The notes below the pieces were generated by a model. The model made no database searches. It had not been told where the DNA came from and worked only from the letters and a program-made list of their open reading frames with translations. Shown piece after piece: positions 25,533 to 39,107 of a DNA stretch of 64,000 nucleotides (positions within the stretch are counted from its first letter, which is position 1; every line of letters starts with the position of its first letter). The stretch is from Styela clava (Eukaryota). The stretch spans positions 18,352,001 to 18,416,000 of the forward strand of contig NC_135251.1 in the NCBI RefSeq assembly GCF_964204865.1, read 5' to 3'. A program made the translations under genes and the position numbers.

Positions 25533-25646
25533 TGTTCATTGTTGATAGTTGTAAAATGCTTGTCTGAAGAAGTCTGACCTCGGTCAGACGAAACGTTACA
25601 GAAATATATTTGTGTTCGTGTGCAGCAAGTCTCTTGAATTGAATAG
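25533..25646 (+). mobile_element. Short Penelope-like element terminal fragment
   Basis: ~114-bp insertion absent from unit 1 (gcgatcatatttgttt near 9330). Contains a hammerhead motif. Confidence 0.6.
25560..25601 (+). ncRNA. Minimal type I hammerhead ribozyme motif
   Basis: TTGT-CTGAAGA-A-GTCTGACC-TC-GGTCAGAC-GAAAC-GTT-ACAG: catalytic core, perfect stem II, palindromic AACGTT stem III, short stem I. Confidence 0.7.
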
Positions 25647-26788
25647 ATTTGTTGTTTTTACTCGTGTTTTAGCAGAACATGGAACCAACGCGATTTGAAA
25701 TCAAATAACCGTTTCGGTCGGGTTTTACTTATGATTCCACCGATTATGTTGAATATGAATACCTATAATCAGCGTATAGCGTTTTTATACTGCAGGATGG
25801 TGACCAAACAACGTAAAAACGATCCATAGAACCACTTCGTTTACTTTCTGAAAAATATAAATATTGCAATGTTCAATATGCCCTAAAATTACTAGAGCGA
25901 TGAATGGCTTTGTAGCACCACATTACAGTGGTAGCAGAGTAATGCTTTGATTGCTGCTTTGATTGTCGTCAGATCTTTTTGCAAGAAAACATTATTTTAA
26001 CAACGTGTTTAAAATTTGTTATTGATGTTGTAGTAGTTGCTAGTCAAATGAGTCGGTAAAAATTCAGAAATTTCTAAGACTTTTATAATTTAGTGAGACG
26101 ATAAATATGTCTTTCGTGTCACTTTAAACATGGCGTGAAATATAAAAAATTGCATTAGAATTGGGACAATTATTTCTTTTTCTGTAATTTAGAAAAACGT
26201 CAACGTGTTTCGAATAGAGACAATTGTCACAAGAGGGTAAATACAAGCTTGTTATAAGAAAGAATTCATAATTTATTCATTTAATTTAGATCGAATTAAA
26301 CGAGTTTAATCTTTTTTTCGTATACTATTAAGAAATTTGGTTATATTCACTATCTTTCTCTAAACTCTAACAATTCCGGTTATAGTATGATCAATGACTT
26401 TGGAAAATGAAATATAAGGGCACAATGGTCATAATATATCTATATAGGATTGTGTTTGTTATCCGATCAAAAGTACCAGAATTTTACGTAGTAGGGTAAT
26501 AGGAACGGCTAATATATTAAGAAATGGCGCGAAATTAATGCAGAACATGGCATGTTTGAATAAGACATTTCTAAATTATCTATGAGCTTAGAGACAGGCT
26601 CTTATGTTTTTATTATTTAGAACTCCAGGTCCTCTTGTACGAGAGATCATTCCATTTTCATCCATTTGGGCAACATAATTTTCAATTACCTTTAAAATAT
26701 GCATACATAGGCACAAACACGCGCCATATGCGCGTACTATACGCACCATATTGCTGTATGTAGCGCACTGAACGTTTTCTGCACCCTT

Positions 26789-27073
26789 TTTACTTATCGA
26801 TCTTGATCGGTAAGTATGTTGATAGGTATTTGTCTGTTTGGCTGTTGGACACACGCGATATCTCACGAAAGCGAGGTTGAATCCGCTCCAAATTCTGCAT
26901 GTGTATTCATCATATATCGGATCAGAAGCCTATTGATTTCGGTTGAATTATGTCGAATAATTAGCGATGTATTATTTAATTAGTGATGGGACACGCAGTG
27001 TCGCTATTGATTCATAGCGAAAGATACACGCCACTAGATCCATAAGTCGGCGGTTTCTGATCGCTATCTCGTT
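26789..27073 (+). mobile_element. Possible non-autonomous Helentron/DINE-like insertion
   Basis: Inserted in a T-run relative to units 1 and 2 with no TSD. 5' hairpin tacttatcgat...atcggtaagta followed by a gtctgt-like tract. Confidence 0.45.
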
Positions 27074-28362
27074 TCATTGGTTGCTGGACATATCCATTAA
27101 CCAAATATCCATTAACCAAATTGTGCCTCATGTGATGGCTGCATGAAACGAAGTCGTATTGTGATATATGAATTTATTGATTCGTCAACCGAAAACAGCC
27201 ATAAACGAAAGCAAACAATGATAACAGACACAATGTATTGCGTTGGAGGAGGCGATATGACCGTCAATGTCAACACGCCTCAAATTCACTGTTATGATTA
27301 GGATTCACAATTATTGGAGGAAATGTATAAATACAAAGTCTAGATACTAAGGAATTCACCATTTTTATTAAATTATGAAAGTATAGACATGTTATACTTT
27401 CAGATTGGAATGCTAATTAATATGAAAAATTACATTTTTTTGAGAACCATTATTTTTGCGCAATGATTAATTTGCTTCACTTGACAGAAACATTGCGAAA
27501 GCCTATACTTCGCTAACCAGTTGGATTGATTTTAGCATTGTTGAACTTGTTTCTACGCATATGGGTCTTGATTAGAGAAAGCTTGCGAAGCTGAAAATAA
27601 TTTCACGGGTCCGTCAATGGTCCAAGATCATAGCAAAAAACATGGAAGGTGTAGATTGTTGTGATATGCCGTTATCTTGGTGTTGAAATAAAATCGGCTG
27701 TGATCAAGAGTAAATAACACCAAAGAATTAAATAGCCATATCATATGCGCACAAATACATACAGTAAATACGGAAATTCCGCTACATTCATATTGACAGA
27801 TCAATATTCATGTTTTTCCAACAGCACAAGAAATGAATTTGTCGTTGATAAACATCAAAATGAATGGGAAGGTAATGTGCTTGAAGAAAAACGAATGAAT
27901 TTCAGATACCGTAAATCTAATTGCAAAACGCGCCATAGGATATCTTACGAAATTTTTCGACATCTTATGTGAACTTGCTTCGCACTTAGTCTAGAAATAT
28001 ACTCTAATCACAGTTTCTCTCTCTAAGGGGAGAAAGGTCTCTTCAGGAGCAATAAATTATCAGTTTCGAAAAGGAAAACTTACGATGAATTACCTAAACC
28101 AATTTTTTGACCAAGATATGGTAGCTCATAATCACGCCATTTTGACTAATTATTATAAAGTGAACATGGGGGAATGTTTGCTTGGTTACATTGCGATACC
28201 CTGATAATAATTGGTGCATAGAAATTTAAACGTCTTTATTTTGGTGACACTACGTATTTCCATTCACATTATCTGTTGATCACTATACCGATACAAGAGA
28301 AGAATTTTGTATGGGTATACCATTTGCATATTAAACGTCTTATGTTCTAACTACTAATTAAA

Positions 28363-28611
28363 CTGACGCCGTCCTGACGTTTATAGAGACAACATTGAAA
28401 TTCCGTGAATTCAAAAAACATTAATCCCGACAACGGGATTAGGAAAAGGGCTATTCCCAATTGAGATATTTTAAAAAACACTCAAAAATTGTTTGCCAAT
28501 GAATACAAATATCTGCCAATGGTTTAGTACACGCTAAAATTGTTCTGCGGGCCGCACGGAATGTGTCCGGGGGCCGCATACAGCCCGCGGGCCGCAGTTT
28601 GGACCACCCTG
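28363..28611. mobile_element. hAT terminal remnant with adjacent deletion
   Basis: gggccgcagtttggaccaccctg followed by ttccagag. It replaces unit-1 positions ~1486-1784. Confidence 0.7.
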
Positions 28612-28825
28612 TTCCAGAGAAATCCATGTAAAACAGGGGTGATTCATCATATCATATGAGAATTATTCACTCTGCATACGGCTATGTGTCGAAATATTAT
28701 ATTAGAATGTTTTAGAATAATCTCCAATATATTATGACGTCAAGAATTATATTTAGTCTTGATGTCATTATTTCCAAAATTATTGGTTAATTTGTTACAC
28801 ATAAACGTTGAATATTTCGCTTTTT

Positions 28826-29470
28826 GGACACGGTAGTGGACATAACAATTGTTTCAATATTATGTTGTTGTTCTTGTTCTTTGACACGTTTTTAAAAAGT
28901 CGCTCTTCTTTTTGATTACTTGACCAATTGCTTTGGAATTTTCAGTAGTCAAATATTGATTTTTTTGCCAGAAAGCTATCACTTTTACTTATTTCCAAAA
29001 TTTCTGTGAACTTCGAGAGATTCGTTTCTTATGTGTCAGAATAAAAAATAGCGACACCTTGTGACGTGTCCATATATTTGAGCACAGCTCTCATGTTGTT
29101 ATTGGACACGCAGTGGACATAACGATGGTTTTGGCGTTATGTTGTTCTTGTTCTTTGACACGTTTGAAGAAATCGCTTTTCTCTGTGGTTACTGGACCAA
29201 TCGCTTTGAAATTTTCAGTGAGCAGAGATTATTATTTTTGCTAGAGGGCTTTTACTTTTTGCTATGACGTCATCAAAAAATATGTGGATCTACGTGTCCA
29301 TATATTTGAGCATAGCTCTCTTGTTGTTATTGTTATTCTTCGTCATCATCATTATAAAATCGCTTTTCTCTTCGAGTACTGGACCAATTGCTTTGAAATT
29401 TTCAGTGGTGAAAGTTTGATTTTTTTCAAGAAGGCTATTACTTTTATTTATTTTTAAATGTTCTATGAAT
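28826..29470 (+). repeat. About 2.5 diverged tandem copies of a ~250-bp dispersed repeat
   Basis: Repeated ggacacg.agtggacataac, aatcgcttttctct and actggaccaattgctttgaaattttcagt. Relative at 43823. Confidence 0.75.
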
Positions 29471-29479
29471 CCTATGAGA

Positions 29480-30322
29480 TCTGATATTTCATTCTAAATT
29501 TCGCTATTTTTAAATTTACTCATGGGAACACTGTTTTAAAAAATAAACTTTTTTCTTTGCATTTACCGATGTAGATTTCATTCTCTCATTCGTGAGTTCA
29601 TATATCACGCATATATCAATAGCTTCTTATATAAATTGTCATCGTAGGTTATCATCAAAAACACCTGTCAAAAATCTGTCTCTAATCAACTCATCTCTGA
29701 GATCACCCAATTCGCAAGACTTGGCTTGGTTTTCAAGTCTACAACAATTGTTTGAATAGATTCATCTGTTATCGGAGCTCTCATGTTAAATTGAGGTCTT
29801 GTTAGGACTATGTTTACTTGGGTAGGGATATTTCAGCAAATTTTCTTTTCGAGCATTCTGGATCATTACGAGATTCAGCAGGAACGTCACCTTCATTTGG
29901 CTCATATTTTGCCGTTGCTCTGCCGTCTTTCCCAATCAAATTAATTTATATGAAAGCTTTAGCTTTGTCTGTTTAATCACTGTACAGTGCTCTGATAAAA
30001 TTATCATATTCACGAACATATATTTACCAGTTCCTAGCAACATTACCATAAAAAATCAGAGGATCTGGTCTGTTTAATGACGAATCAGCCTTAAAATAAT
30101 CACCTTTAAATTGATTTCTTACTGACGCGATTTTTTGAAATCTTTAGGAAATTTCAAATCAATCCCGCTTCTAGCACCATGTTTGTTTGTGGGTAAACAA
30201 TGAACTGCTCAAGATGCTTGAGTATATTACGGATATAACATAGACATCTTAAATCACATCACCAAGCAGCATGCAGTACACTACAGCAAAAGAGAGAGAG
30301 CTCAGCGGTGACACCAAGCGAC
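29480..30322 (-). mobile_element. Possible decayed 5' fragment of a LINE
   Basis: Minus strand has a CT-rich leader, a degenerate zinc-knuckle-like NCCRLENQAKSC and an endonuclease-like IDICVIYE. Heavily disrupted. Confidence 0.3.
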
Positions 30323-32507
30323 ATAATTAAAGCATTAATAATGACGTCATAAATATCATCTTACGAATATGCACCAAATCGAAGCATTAGAATTATTGCG
30401 CTATATTCACAACAGAAAACTTTCTTCTACATTCAGTCATTCACCAACTACTTTTCTAGACAGAGTGATGTTCACTCATTTGGAACACGATCCTCTGCTG
30501 GATTTTCGTTTTATGTGAATCGTTTTTCAACCAATCTTACATAAAATTTCATTTAATTTAATGAAGTTAAGTTATGGACTGCACACCCTTATAGTATTTG
30601 AATGATAATTCCCATATACTCGCATTGAAAATTCTATAACTTAAATCTTATATTTCTCAATGCTCTGAAGACCCTTCTCAGTAAAGTGTGACACATTGCT
30701 TCTGATATAGGTATGCTTCCTGAAACCATCCATGTTTTTCTACTGTACAGCTGTGGCCTTTATTACCTATTCAGTTCAGCTGAACACTATATTTTCTTTG
30801 TATTTAACTGTTTCAAGCTCGTTGTGTCATATTCTGAAACTTATCACATGATATTTGCAGAATAAACCATAAAGGTGCTGCATTCTATCTCATTTTATTG
30901 TGTCAATAACCTTCCTCTCATCACTTTACGATCAAATAAAAAGCGATCATAAAATTTACGATCAAATGAAAAGCACCGATGCTGGGGACTACAGTGTTTC
31001 TTGTGTATGGTCATGTGATGTTTTTTTTTTACTTCTCACTTCATGTTAACTTTAATTACATATATTATAACAATATAATATTACTGTTATTTGTACAAAA
31101 CCTAGCTGATGGATTATAGATCCGCGTTAAATACCATTGAAAATAAAAAATTGCAATAGTTTCATTATTTAGCATCACAAAATTTGGTTTATAATCAACA
31201 CAAAGACAATAACAGAACGGATAAAAAAAATATCAAGAAGAGTACTAACAACAAATACCAATTCAACGAACTTATCCATTGGTGCATTTTCGTGTCCAAT
31301 AATAAATTCCGCGCTACGACTTCCTTGGATTCATGCTATTTGTTGGTCTCGAAGGCTACTCCACATTTTATTCAATTCGCGAAGAATCCGTTCAGATAAT
31401 ACTAATCGCCCGTGAACGAACGGTCTAGGACGCTGCGTGACTGAAGCGTACAGCATTGAGACACTTCTGGTACAGTGTGATGTTTTTCTGTGACATTTGT
31501 TTAAATTGAAGCATACATAAAATATTTTAATGGATTTGACAAGCCAGTGTTGGTGGGCCTTTTTACGTTTGTAAAGTTTTGCGCGAACATGCTTAGCCTC
31601 GGAGGAGTTTACATAATTTTCCCTTTCATTCTGAATTTGGTGAAAATAATTACATTTGGCATTCAAGAACCGGTAAAGAATAATACTGGGAAGAAATATT
31701 AAATTTCCCCTTTCTCTTCAAATACAAAAACAATTTCGATTTTTCATTGCAATTTTCTTTATATGTGTTGTGATGATTAGTGTTTGTTGTTCAATTTTCA
31801 ACGCACATACTCTTTTGTTTCAAAATTATTTAACATTTTGAAACTGAGCTCTTCACTCTTGAAACAGAATCTCAATGTGAAACTAAAAACTTGTAACGAC
31901 AAATTTTCGGCGAAAATATGAAGCTATTAAAAAGTTTGTATTGAAAATGACATAATTTTTGTTTTATCATAGTTATTGCACAACATCACCTCTTTTGTTA
32001 CATCAAATTGCCTTAGGCAAACTTTAGCCAAATGTAGTGCTTCGATTTCTCAGGCTAAGGCAAAGTTATCTTTTGAAGTATTCGTTGGTGTAAGTGGGTT
32101 GTGTATGATTGATACGAAAATATAGACAAAAGTAGCTTCAGAAAACTTGATTTGAGTGTTCAACTGCAGTAAGGATGCTTTTTATATTAAATATAAGAAT
32201 AGTTTTGGGGATCTTTTTTATGGAAAACGTGTCGTTAATGAATATAAATTATTGTGTAATACACTGTTCGTGGAATACTGTTGAAGGTTAAATAGTTTTT
32301 TGATAATACCCGGCGGTTAATTTACCGCTTTGGGCAACCTAGAAAATCCCCAATCTGATACAAAAGTCATTCCTGTACTGACGTAAACATTGAATATTAT
32401 ATTAGCACGATATTGTTTATTTACTTAAACAAGTGAAGAATGCGGGTAGAAATTTAAGAACCTTCATTAACCTTATAATTTAGTTTTAGGTCGAGATTTG
32501 TCAAACA

Positions 32508-35500
32508 ATGATGTTGGCCTTTCGTTCGTTCGTTCTTGCTCTATTTATTTTCGAATCAACTTCTGGTGCTGCACAAGGAATATTTCAATGTAAAATGAAG
32601 GCAGGATGCAATTTTCCTCAATGCGATCCAATTCCAGGGGCTTTAAATAAATTCGGTTTCAATATCGATGATTATCTACAGGTGCAAGAATTTCCAATCG
32701 TTTGTGAAGCAAGAGGTCAACAAAGAAGTAACAATGTTTTACCAGAAATTATAAATGATAATGAGGAAATTGATGTTCTCAAGCAAGGTAAGTAACTAGT
32801 GGTTCTCTTCCTGAATAAGATCCAAGCGACATATGTGCCTCAATTGGTTTTACGCTTTGCAGTGAATTATTATCCTACTAAAATAGGGTCAATATTGTAA
32901 GCACGTCTACAGTTTAATTCACAAAATTCCATTAACATTCATTACGAGATTGGCGATTACTGGCGGGATCGCACCACGCTCACTCTACTTTAGGTTATTA
33001 AGCAGTCGGTGATAAATGCTTAACGTTTTTTTGCTTTTCGTAGAACTGCGACGCGTTGAAAGAACTGTCAAAGAACAAAACGAGCAACTAGTAATATTAA
33101 AGTACGAAAATCGTCAAACCAAAGACCGTAAGTTTCATAAATAATTCAAAATATGATTTTGCGGTTCGAGGCGTGGTGTTGATTTTAATTGTTATTACTA
33201 ACGAGTATAATTATTATTCTGAACAATGTCTTGAGTTACCACATGGACTTTAAGGTGATTACTATATTATGATCTCAGTAAACTTTCATGTTTCAGCTTT
33301 CACAACAGTGACATAATGTATATATATATATTCTATGTTTAATCACGTGGAAGGGGGAGATATATAGATAAAAATATAAATTAAATACAATATCCAATCG
33401 CTTCATCTTATCTACTTTTCACTTGGATAATAATATCAAATTGAATCGTCGTCATATATCACAACGTCATTCACAATAAAAACACTAAAATAGCGTTGAT
33501 TACTCGATTATTTAAAACAGCAGTGAGTATTAACATGGTACAACATTGGGATCAGATATAAACTATTCGATATTTCAAACATTTTTACCAGACATGCATA
33601 TGAGTACTGAATATAGATAATACCTCGTACAAGGTTTTATTTAAAATTGGAATGAACTTCAACGCTATATACATTTTACCTATAGGTTACAGACATTATC
33701 TACAAATTTCAAATTGAAAGATACTTAATTTTCCGCACAGTTCTGCGGTGTGCATATACATGGAAACAAGCCTTATTATGTAGGCTTGAATAAAACTATC
33801 TTTTGTGGAGATAGATTTAATAATAAATTGACAAGGTCTCTAAGGGCGGACATAACTATGCTAGGATGCAAACAAGTAAGTGAAGCAATCCGTGATCTGA
33901 AACTATTCTGGTGAACACTGTTTTTCTGATCTATTTCTGGTCTAAACTTTTTACATTACGCCTTCTAACGGATGCCGTAAATAAAAAAATCAAATTTTAT
34001 TTTAACTAGAATCGGATCAAAAAGGCCATGTATTCTCAACCTATTTGAATATTCATTTTGCAATATATCATTTTGTTACAGTGCTTAGAATTAATAATCA
34101 AATCAACAAAAGGCAAGCTGAAGAACTGATTGAACTGAGAACTGAAAACACCAAAACTCAAGAACGTGAGTAATGTGGAATTCAGGTCAATATAAATTTG
34201 TGTGTCAAATAAGAAAAAAGACGGTTTTTAAAGCCATGGAAGTGCAAAACACTGTATTCAAACAAGGACATACTTTTGTCATAACCAAAGATATCAGTAT
34301 CGAAATATATAGCAACATATTATGCTCCACTTCATTGCAGAAATAGTATTATTGAGGGCTTTACTAAATTTTGCAATTTTAAAAACTATTTTTATATAAA
34401 ATGATTGAAATTTATTTCACAGAAATCCAAAAGCAAAAGAAAGAACTTAAAATTATAAAAGACAGCTTACGGGCCCTAATGAAAGGTAATTGTAGGCAGT
34501 GACATAACCATTTTTATCAAAATATACATTATGGTATATACTGGTATTTTCATAAGTCCCCAAAATTTATCAAGTGGAAAACGTCATTATTTTTAATTTT
34601 TAAGATTATAGGATTGCAACTGAACCCTAGAAAAATTTGAAAGTATATGATCTTTAAAAAACTTCTGTAGCCTCTGAAAATATAAAACTGACTGGCCATG
34701 TAGGTAAAAAGAGAGACATTTGTCGAATGATGAAAACAACAAAAACAATTGAAGAGGTAAAATCAGCAAATAATATGTTGGCATAATCCAAAACGGTTGT
34801 CATACCAGGTACATATTTTTATCTTTCCAATTTAAAATTTGCTTATCATTTCTTCATATAAAAAGAAGGTGCAACATCAAAGCCCAGCCCAGTATTTAGA
34901 GTCAAACCAACAACCGTAGCAGGTAAGACATTTTGTACTCAAGACTTGGAATGAATTCTGCTGAATAAAGTTCGAGTCGCCTCGAATAAACAAACCTATA
35001 AACAGTAAAAATAGCGTGTCTGCATTAAATTGACAACTTTTTATATTGTCTGACATTGATAACAAATACGAGAGCTCTAATTACCGTTATTTCTTAAAGC
35101 GCAATTTGAATTTTATTCAGACCGAGTTAAAATTTTGAAATTGTAGTTTAAGACTTGAAAGCTGAGAGTCGGAGCTATTTCAGTCTAACCTCAGTTTCTC
35201 GTTAGTACATTTGTCCCTAAACCAATATTTTAACAAACTTAACTTAAGATAGTTTAAACAAATTTAAACCTCACCATACAAACCAGCCCGGTGGAATTTT
35301 CAAGTAAATAATTTTTGAGCACCACGCTTTTTGTTCCCAGCACTTTTATATATTATATATATGAACAACAATGTATTTTAGATTTATAAAAGACTCAATA
35401 TCAAACCATGGGAATACAATGATGGCAACAAACCACTTACTTTGCCACATATTATATGACTGCCAATTTGTGTTAATTGTGTCATCTCAGTTGTTCAATT

Positions 35501-35980
35501 TGGCCTCGATGTGAGCTTTTTTAAGCAAGTACGACAGGCAATTCCTAAACATTTGCATTGAGTTGAAGAAAAACATCCATTTTGAATTTAATGCACGCAA
35601 AGCAAAACTTTTTAACGTTATAAATAGTTTCTGATAATGGTCAACATTCTACAGAACACGAAGGCGCACTGAGGCTTGTGGACGGACGTAACAATAAAGA
35701 GGGTAGAGTGGAAATCTTCCATGCGGGAAAATGGGGAACAATATGCGATAGAGAATTCGAGATTGACGAGGCAAATGCTGTTTGTTATACTTTGGGATTT
35801 AGTGGAGCAAAGTTTGCTTTAGGACAGGCACATTTTGGATCTGGAGCTGGACCTATATGGATTGCTTTCGAGCATACCTGCAGCGATGAAAACACGGATT
35901 TTTATCATTGCCATGGAACTTTTGGTAAACAAACATATCTTTGCGATCACGAAGACGACGCGTCAGTAGTATGCAATTAA
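32508..35980 (+). CDS. Secreted coiled-coil + single group A SRCR protein (~297 aa). Exons 32508-32787, 33044-33127, 34082-34165, 34423-34485, 34866-34922, 35655-35980
   Basis: Signal peptide. Phase-1 exons of 84/84/63 nt encoding heptad-like sequence. LRLVDG..EGRVEIFH.GKWGTICD SRCR domain with 6 Cys. Confidence 0.88.
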
Positions 35981-36624
35981 TGAGTTTGTACATCAATTTT
36001 AATATCCTAATTTCCGATGGGATTGAATCCAAAGTAAACAGGTTTTATTTTTGCAATATATATGAAATAAGTATATCGCACTTTTTCCAGCAACCAGATT
36101 ATATGCATGGTATAAATTTTCCTATTAGGCAGTTAATTTTTGCATTATATTTCTAGCAATAGTGTAATTCAATGCATTGTATTAGTGAAATTGACAATTT
36201 TGTGGTGAATTTGAGATTCACGATTTGTTTTAATCATCATCTTTCATTGTGTGAAAACATGACTATGTGTAAAATGAACTTCGAATTCGTATTGCCTTAG
36301 TCTTGACTTGTGCAAACAGCAAATAATTATTCATATTGTATATATTAGGTATTAAAATTGTGTTCTGTGTACGTACAATTTTGATCGGATCTAATTCGGA
36401 GCTTAATAAAGAACTAGTCAGTAGTGGTAAGTTGTAGTAATTTAGTAGTAGTAGTAATTTTCGAAGAATTGGGTTCGAAGAAATTTGAAAATAAAATGTT
36501 TTAGGAATCAAGATGATTGAAATTACTATTTTTAGTAAAATTGCAGAATCATACATAGTCCATTCAATAACATAAAAATCCAATGCGTATTACGCTATTT
36601 TTGCTTATCCTAATATTATATATA

Positions 36625-36899
36625 TAAATAGTACGAAGAGACATGCAAAACAACAAAATTTACGGACTTTGTTAACTTTATATTAACTATTATACATTTG
36701 TCCGTCAGCCCCTTCAAGAAGTATTTTGATGCTGAATACATTTTGCTCTTTAAAACTAACAAGAGAGCTATGCTCAAATATATGGACACGAAGTTCATAA
36801 CAAACTGTTTTACCATCATTTCCTCGAAAATCATACGGGTTTCGTGTCCCATGGGAAATCCAAATGTGTGCTGTCCCATCCCATTCTATCCCAAGCCTG
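36625..36899 (+). mobile_element. Partial copy of the MITE family at 48326-50150
   Basis: Homologous to ~49830-50150 and ends caagcctg. Confidence 0.75.
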
Positions 36900-37153
36900 T
36901 CTATGTGTATAGTTGCAAACGCAAGTGGTGTGGTGGAGCAAGGTAAGTACTACAGATATAAACTACAAAGATAGTAAACCCCATATACATTATTAACACC
37001 ACATACGTGGTTCAAATTTGCAATCACAAGCTTTTTAACGCTATTAAAAATAGATGAGAAATAAATCAAAATGCGCTATCGTAGCCTTTGATACGATAAT
37101 GTTTTGGAAGTAACTTTCAACTGTAACTTGGACCTCTAGACTCTAGTCTAGAG

Positions 37154-39107
37154 CAGTGGTTCCCAAACTTTTTGTACCATCGCCCCCCTATAGTAGTTTA
37201 TACAACTTCATCGCCCCCCGGCACTGCAAAAAAAATGAAAGTCTGAAACGAATATATTACAGACCAAATAAGAAGACAAATCATAGTTTATAGTGTTTTT
37301 AATGAGATGGATGAGCTTGGTGTTCTTCAGCGAGTTTTTTAAAATATCTAAAATTACCCCGTTTACTGATGGAAAGGCGATTTAGTTGTTTTGATAGCAA
37401 TAGCAGCACGGCTAAAAACCCCTCTTTCATCGTATCAGAGGTCGGAAATAAAAGAATCCAGGGTTCTACCTTCTCGAAGATCTTGCCTTATAGCATTTAT
37501 CTCCCTAAATTCACCCCATTAAACATTAAAATAATGAAAACAAATTTAATTTTCCAAAACAGCCTAATGACCTTCACCAAAATACATGATATATAACGGT
37601 CTTCGGTAAAATTCATCCTCGATTCCTCTTCCTACCACGTCCTCCGGTCCGATCACCAGTCCATAGAATCAATCAGCCCTTTGTCTTCGATTTGTGGACT
37701 CGGATGGCCCAGGGGTCGGCAAATTTTACATCGCTCGCGGGACAAAATTTAGGGTTGCTATTTTGCGGATCGCATATATTTTTTGAAAGTTAAAAACGGA
37801 ACATCGTGCGAAAACTGCGACAATTCGTGAACTCAACTTAGTCGTCTTATTAAAAATTATTACAATGACATTTAATGTGTCACTGTCTTGTTGCCGCATC
37901 ACGCTTGATAGCTTTACGACGCCAAGATTGGAAGATTTTCTAAATGGGCATCACTAACCTTAGTTTTTTGCTCGTTCTTTGTAATGTTCATTTTCGAAAA
38001 TAATTGTTCGCACAAATATGTACTTCCAAACATCGAAATGAATATTTTCGCAGGGTTTCTAGAATTTTGATAAAGTTTTGCTTTAAGAAGATATACATTC
38101 TTACAAAAATTAAGCAGTGACGAATCTCTCGAATACAATATGAATTTTATATCTGCGTGTTTCCATTTTTCTAGTTATGATTGAATTGTAGGCTCGTTAA
38201 ACGAGTAGCTGTTCAGGATATATATAATGAAATTTAGTCTAAACGTGTCTCGCGATAAATTCTGTTACGTAAAAAAATGTAATTTACTCCTCGAGCGTAG
38301 ATAATAAATAAAATTAATTCATCGTTAAAACCGCCGTTTGGATGCTTCCCCTGGCATAGACTTCCTTGTATACTTCATGACGTTGGTCATTGAGCAAAAT
38401 GCAAAAATAAACGTAACAATGCCCCTTTCGCATCTGCTCAGAGCCTCAGACACATTCCTCGCTCAGACAGACTTTCAGGCGTGGTCGTGAACATTACCTC
38501 TTTTTCGCGATTTTGAATTATATTCGTTAGTTTTTAGTTAAATAAGTCAATGATCATTCTATGAGTTTTAGTTCAATTACAGAAATCAAAAATTAGTGTA
38601 GAAATAGCTGTGATAGACTAGGCAAAAATTCTTTACCGGTACTTTTAAAAAGCAGATTGCTGAATGGTATGAATTAGAATGATAGTTTGAAACAAATACT
38701 TTATTTTATAGGCAATAACTCGCGAAACCACTCTTGAAATAAGCACCGAAAAAATAAATTTTAGTATATAAAGTAAGGGAAGAATTTACCGGGGTCAAAG
38801 GTCGGGAAAAGGTCCATTCAGTGAAGCGTCCCGGGCCAGATTACTTCAGATTTCCCGACCACTGGGATACGCAAACTACCGTACCTTATTACTGCAAAGA
38901 CGAGTCCAGCAATTCTTTCGCGTGTGACATCGCCCACGTGATTCAAACCTACGAAAGCACGCAGAGTACAGTAATCAAGTGAACGATGCGCCGACCAAAA
39001 ACAGGTTTCGCGAAATCGCCCCCCTATCGCCCCCTTCGACTTTTTCGCCCCCTTCTGTATCGTTTTCGCCCACCGGGGGGCGATATCGCCCACTTTGGGA
39101 ATCACTG
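37154..39107. mobile_element. Non-autonomous hAT element (1954 bp)
   Basis: TIRs cagtggttcccaaa / tttgggaatcactg, perfect TSD gtctagag, subterminal tcgccccc repeats. Confidence 0.92.
37710..38160 (-). mobile_element. Nested hAT fragment with transposase C-terminus
   Basis: TIR caggggtcggcaaa. Minus-strand MFGSTYLCEQLFSKMN..VSDAHLEN. Confidence 0.75.

Larger units (their letters stand above)
10519..26029 (+). repeat. Segmental tandem duplication unit 2, enlarged by a retroelement insertion and a 638-bp internal duplication
   Basis: Colinear with 1..10518 apart from TE presence/absence and small indels. Confidence 0.95.
26030..28717 (+). repeat. Older, diverged and truncated third unit (upstream portion only, no IL-17 gene)
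   Basis: Recognisably homologous to 1..1889 / 10519..12629 with many substitutions. Homology ends at the empty hAT site (ttttagaa) near 28710. Confidence 0.85.

Noticed and set aside
28826-29470. CRISPR-like array
   Set aside because: Eukaryotic context, long diverged units, and no repeat-spacer structure.
31331-31666. 111-aa minus-strand ORF
   Set aside because: No recognisable motif or supporting exon structure.
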